This document shows positions 60,414-64,000 of a stretch of DNA of 64,000 nt, one piece after another; within the stretch, counting starts at the first letter, position 1, and each line of letters starts with the position of its first letter. The notes under the pieces are model-generated. The model was not told where the DNA came from, made no database searches, and was given only the letters and a program-made list of their open reading frames with translations. A program made the position numbers and the translations under genes. The stretch is from Rubripirellula sp. (lineage in GTDB: Bacteria; Planctomycetota; Planctomycetia; Pirellulales; Pirellulaceae): contig OZ244207.1 in assembly GCA_965216875.1 (NCBI GenBank), forward strand, positions 160,001 to 224,000, in the 5' to 3' direction.

Positions 60414-61556
60414 ATGCCACCACGAAGACTGACGTTATTGCTGGCTGTTGTTCTGTGCCAACTCCTCGCTGGTGTTGCGTTTGCCCAAAAGGTCTCGTTG
60501 AAAGACAAGCTTGATGGTCTCGTCGAGGACGGCACGTTGATCGCTGCCCAGGTCGTGACCGGACAGGGCAATCAAATCGGCCTTGATTACGCCGTGGGTG
60601 TCACGAGCCCAAGCGGCAACAAGCAAGTCGACAACGATACCCTGTTTTGCATCGGTTCATGTTCCAAGCCGTTTGCCTCTGCCATCGTGATGTCGCTTGT
60701 CGACGAAGGCCTGATCGACTTGGAACAACCAATTGACAAACAGCTTTCGAAGTTCGGGGCGTTGAAACTTGCCGATGGAACACCGAGTGCCCGTGCGCCA
60801 AACATGCGCGAACTGCTGGCGCATCGCGCGGGTATCTATTCTCAAAAACGGGGTATGAACAAACGGCAAGCTAGATGGATACGAGATTTCAATCAAACGC
60901 TTAATGAATCGGTGGATGGCATCGCGGGCGAAGGGCTTATCTACGAGCCGGGTGCCGAGTACGCCTATAGTGGCGCTGGATATTGTGTCGCCGGACGTGT
61001 GGGCGAGGTGGCCAGTGGCAAGACGTTTGAAGATCTATTGCAAAGCCGAATCGCAAAGCCGCTCGGACTCCAACGTACGACGTATTTCCCTGCCGCAAAC
61101 GACAAGAACGTTGCCGCAGGCGGTCGCAATGGCAAACCCAATCCTGCGACGCCACATTTGGCGAAGCCAAAGCTGCGTTTCACACTCGTCGGTGGCTCTC
61201 TCTATTCGACCGCGCGCGAAAGCTCTCGTTTTTTGAGAATGACGGCCCAACGCGGTGAGTACGACAACAATACTGTCATCAAGAAAAAGACGTGGGGCGA
61301 ATGGATTTCACGCCCGTACGATGGGAATTATGGTTACGGTTGGATCTCGCTTGGCCAAGAGATACCACCAACAGATCGCGTTCTCACCCATTCGGGAAGC
61401 CTCGCGTCGTCACGAAGTTGTATGATCGTTTCGCTCAAGCTCGGGGTCTACGGTGCCGTTCACTACACGGTCGGCGAGGGGGCGAAAAACCTTGATCCCG
61501 AAATACGCAGAGCTTTGAGTGACGAGTTATTTCGACTCGCCAAAGTGGATCAATGA
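60414..61556 (+). CDS. Serine hydrolase, beta-lactamase class C-like family
   Basis: FCIGSCSK (SxxK), LLAHRAG, PG.EYAYS, YGYGW, HSG. Confidence 0.9.
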   Translation: MPPRRLTLLLAVVLCQLLAGVAFAQKVSLKDKLDGLVEDGTLIAAQVVTGQGNQIGLDYAVGVTSPSGNKQVDNDTLFCIGSCSKPFASAIVMSLVDEGLIDLEQPIDKQLSKFGALKLADGTPSARAPNMRELLAHRAGIYSQKRGMNKRQARWIRDFNQTLNESVDGIAGEGLIYEPGAEYAYSGAGYCVAGRVGEVASGKTFEDLLQSRIAKPLGLQRTTYFPAANDKNVAAGGRNGKPNPATPHLAKPKLRFTLVGGSLYSTARESSRFLRMTAQRGEYDNNTVIKKKTWGEWISRPYDGNYGYGWISLGQEIPPTDRVLTHSGSLASSRSCMIVSLKLGVYGAVHYTVGEGAKNLDPEIRRALSDELFRLAKVDQ

Positions 61557-61589
61557 ACCAAGTCGAATCAATAGGATGATCACGTGAAC

Positions 61590-63629
61590 ATGTGGTTTCG
61601 TTGTTGCGTTGCATTTTTTGCATCGACGGTGTGTTTTTTCGGCATAGCGTCGGCCGCCGACACGGTCTTGTCGCAGGACGGCGACTTTGTTGACTTCGAT
61701 AACGTTCCGGCTGGTCGCTTCGACGAATTGAAGACCACCATTGGAACGCTGCGTCCGGCCGTGGGGCGTTCACTGATTGATGACAAGCATGCCCGAAGTG
61801 GCACTCAATGCTTGCAGCTGACCGGCGGAGAGGAATCGGCGATCACGATCGATCTGGCCGCAGACGCCGATACCAGCGGCGACCTGGTGTTTTGGGCCGA
61901 GCGGTGGACGCGGAGGAATCCCTTCTCGTTTCGGATTTCGAAGCAAACGCCCAGCGGCTGGAAAGAGATCTTCAATGGCGACCAAGAAGTTCGGGTCGGA
62001 CGCGCATTCTTGTCACACATCAAAGTGCCTCTGGGCGACGACGAGATTGAGAAACTAAGAATCACGGTGACGAGTCCTCCCAACACAGGCGTCCTGATTG
62101 ATGATTTTCGCTTGTCACCTCGTCGGCCACAAAAGATTGTCAAGGTTGAGGTTGTGCCGGTCACATTACCGGCCCTCGTTGGGAGCGATTTCAGTCCACT
62201 TCTGAAGGTTCATGTGGAAACGAATGGAAGTTTGGAACCGATCTCGCTGACCGAGCTTGAAGGAAGCGTTACGGGGATCGCGCAATTGGATTCTCTTCGA
62301 CTGAATCATAGCGAGACGGACGCCTCGATCTCTCTATCGAAGCCCGCTGCGGATGGCACATCAAGTGTGTGGAACATTTCGCCCCAACCACTCGGCGACG
62401 GAGCCAACACGTTTTGGTTCGGTTGTCGACTGAAACGAAACGCGGATATCGACCAGCGTGTGGGGGCAAGCATCAAGCAGGTCACGTTCTCAAATGGAGA
62501 AACAATTCGCCTCGACACATCGATGCTCACGCAACGCATGGGCGTGGCTTTGCGAAACGGTGGAGACGACTCAGTCAACACCTATCGCATTCCAGGACTC
62601 GCCACCACCAATCGTGGGACGCTCGTCGGTGTCTACGATGTGCGGCATCGAAGCAGCCGCGATTTGCCTGGCGACATCGACGTCGGAATGTCGCGATCGA
62701 CTGACGGTGGACGAACATGGGAACCGATGAAGGTCATCATGGACATGGGAGACGATCCCGAGTGGCGCTACGACGGCATCGGAGATCCGGCAATCCTTGT
62801 TGACAAAACCAAAGGCACCATTTGGGTAGCCGCAACATGGAGTCACGGTAATCGCTCTTGGGTTGGTTCCGGCCCCGGGCTCGCTCCGGAAGAAACGGGC
62901 CAGTTGATGCTCGTGCGAAGTGATGACGATGGCGTGAGTTGGTCCGAACCGATCAACATCACAAAACAGGTCAAGAACCCTGAGTGGTCCTTCTTGCTGC
63001 AAGGCCCGGGCAAGGGAATCACGATGCGCGACGGCACGCTCGTCTTTGCGGCCCAATACCAAGATCCTCCCGACGCAAACGACAAGCGAGCGAACCGGCT
63101 TCCCCATTCGACGATCATCTATTCGAAAGACCACGGCGAAACTTGGCTCGTCGGATCGGGCGCCTTCGATGATACGACCGAAGCGCAGGTGGTCGAGATT
63201 GAACCGGGCGTGCTGATGCTTAACTGTCGCTACAACCGCAAGGCAGCTCGCGTCGTGATGACCTCTCGCGATTTGGGCAAGAGCTGGCAGCAGCACCCCA
63301 CTTCCCAACAGTCACTGATCGAACCAGGTGCTTGCATGGCGAGCCTGATCGATGTTGACCGCGAAGTTGGAACCAACGTGGGCAACTGGCTCCTGTTCTC
63401 AAATCCCAACAGCACTCGCGGCCGTCATCACATCACGATCAAAGCCTCGTCCGATCGAGGACTCAACTGGCCAGAGCAACACCACTTGCTGTTGGATGAA
63501 GGGGGCGGCCGTGGCTATTCGTGTCTGTCGATGATCGATGCGGAAACGATTGGCATCTTGTATGAAGGCAGTCAAGCTGACATGACCTTCCAGCGAATTT
63601 CACTTGGCGACGTGGTGGACGCACCGTAA
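61590..63629 (+). CDS. Exo-alpha-sialidase (GH33) with N-terminal beta-sandwich domains
   Basis: YRIP, DLPGDID, Asp boxes STDGGRTW, SDDDGVSW, SKDHGETW, SRDLGKSW, SSDRGLNW; GYS, LYE. Confidence 0.93.
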   Translation: MWFRCCVAFFASTVCFFGIASAADTVLSQDGDFVDFDNVPAGRFDELKTTIGTLRPAVGRSLIDDKHARSGTQCLQLTGGEESAITIDLAADADTSGDLVFWAERWTRRNPFSFRISKQTPSGWKEIFNGDQEVRVGRAFLSHIKVPLGDDEIEKLRITVTSPPNTGVLIDDFRLSPRRPQKIVKVEVVPVTLPALVGSDFSPLLKVHVETNGSLEPISLTELEGSVTGIAQLDSLRLNHSETDASISLSKPAADGTSSVWNISPQPLGDGANTFWFGCRLKRNADIDQRVGASIKQVTFSNGETIRLDTSMLTQRMGVALRNGGDDSVNTYRIPGLATTNRGTLVGVYDVRHRSSRDLPGDIDVGMSRSTDGGRTWEPMKVIMDMGDDPEWRYDGIGDPAILVDKTKGTIWVAATWSHGNRSWVGSGPGLAPEETGQLMLVRSDDDGVSWSEPINITKQVKNPEWSFLLQGPGKGITMRDGTLVFAAQYQDPPDANDKRANRLPHSTIIYSKDHGETWLVGSGAFDDTTEAQVVEIEPGVLMLNCRYNRKAARVVMTSRDLGKSWQQHPTSQQSLIEPGACMASLIDVDREVGTNVGNWLLFSNPNSTRGRHHITIKASSDRGLNWPEQHHLLLDEGGGRGYSCLSMIDAETIGILYEGSQADMTFQRISLGDVVDAP

Positions 63630-63630
63630 A

Positions 63631-63999
63631 TCACTTTGTTTTCACGTGATGCTGTTTCGCCCACTGCAACCATAGCGATTTGAGTGACTCGAGCTTGGCG
63701 GTTTCGTTCCGTGCAAAATCTATCTGTTCCGTCCGGTCGGTACGAAGGTTGTAGAGTTCCCAGTTTTGGGTTTTGTCGCGATTGACCAGCTTCCAATCAC
63801 CCTTGCGAACGGCACGGCTTTTTTGATGTTCGTAAAAGACCGGGGCGTTTTCTTGACGCGTCGTTGCTAGAAGATCGATCCCGGCAAAACGAACATCCTG
63901 GTCCGTCCCGCTGGCCGATCCCACGATCGTTGGCGCGATGTCGATGATGTGAGCAACGTCGCGACGAAGTGACGGCGCGGTTCCCAAACGAGCCGGCCA
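63631..63999 (-). CDS. Arylsulfatase, C-terminal part (runs off window end)
   Basis: HIIDIAPT, FYEH...RAVRKGDWKLV, WELYNL..D.TE. Confidence 0.8.
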   Translation of the reverse strand, partial: WPARLGTAPSLRRDVAHIIDIAPTIVGSASGTDQDVRFAGIDLLATTRQENAPVFYEHQKSRAVRKGDWKLVNRDKTQNWELYNLRTDRTEQIDFARNETAKLESLKSLWLQWAKQHHVKTK

Positions 64000-64000
64000 G

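Noticed and set aside
60414..61556. True beta-lactam resistance gene
   Set aside because: SxxK is present, but YSG/HSG variants and context fit a generic serine hydrolase/esterase.

Overview
64-kb gene-dense window from a planctomycete, most likely Pirellulaceae (Rhodopirellula/Stieleria-like). That assignment is inferred from the gene repertoire: many sulfatases, a PVC-type CxxCH heme protein, BamB/PQQ propellers, Ser/Thr kinases and an ECF sigma factor. Most of the window is sulfated-glycan catabolism: 8 formylglycine-type sulfatase genes (one frameshifted at a T7 run, one fused to a GH43-clan propeller, one truncated by the window edge), an MBL alkylsulfatase, GH2-GH43, GH33, GH50-like and beta-helix proteins, an esterase and a XylR-type regulator. 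The standout is a minus-strand cluster at 52.4-57.7 kb: TPR-like protein, SCO6735/TARG1-type macrodomain, a full PARP2/3-architecture ADP-ribosyltransferase (basic tail, WGR, helical domain, H-Y-E catalytic domain), a membrane protein and an orphan. This is a candidate bacterial DNA-break-sensing ADP-ribose writer/eraser system. Other notable items: a 1260-aa membrane-spanning NACHT/STAND NTPase with a putative extracytoplasmic propeller; a non-canonical tRNA-Cys(GCA) behind an ECF-like promoter, next to a divergent ECF sigma / kinase-WD40 pair; several REP-like palindrome families. No CRISPR array, integrase or transposase was seen. Product calls come from motif recognition by eye, not database searches.
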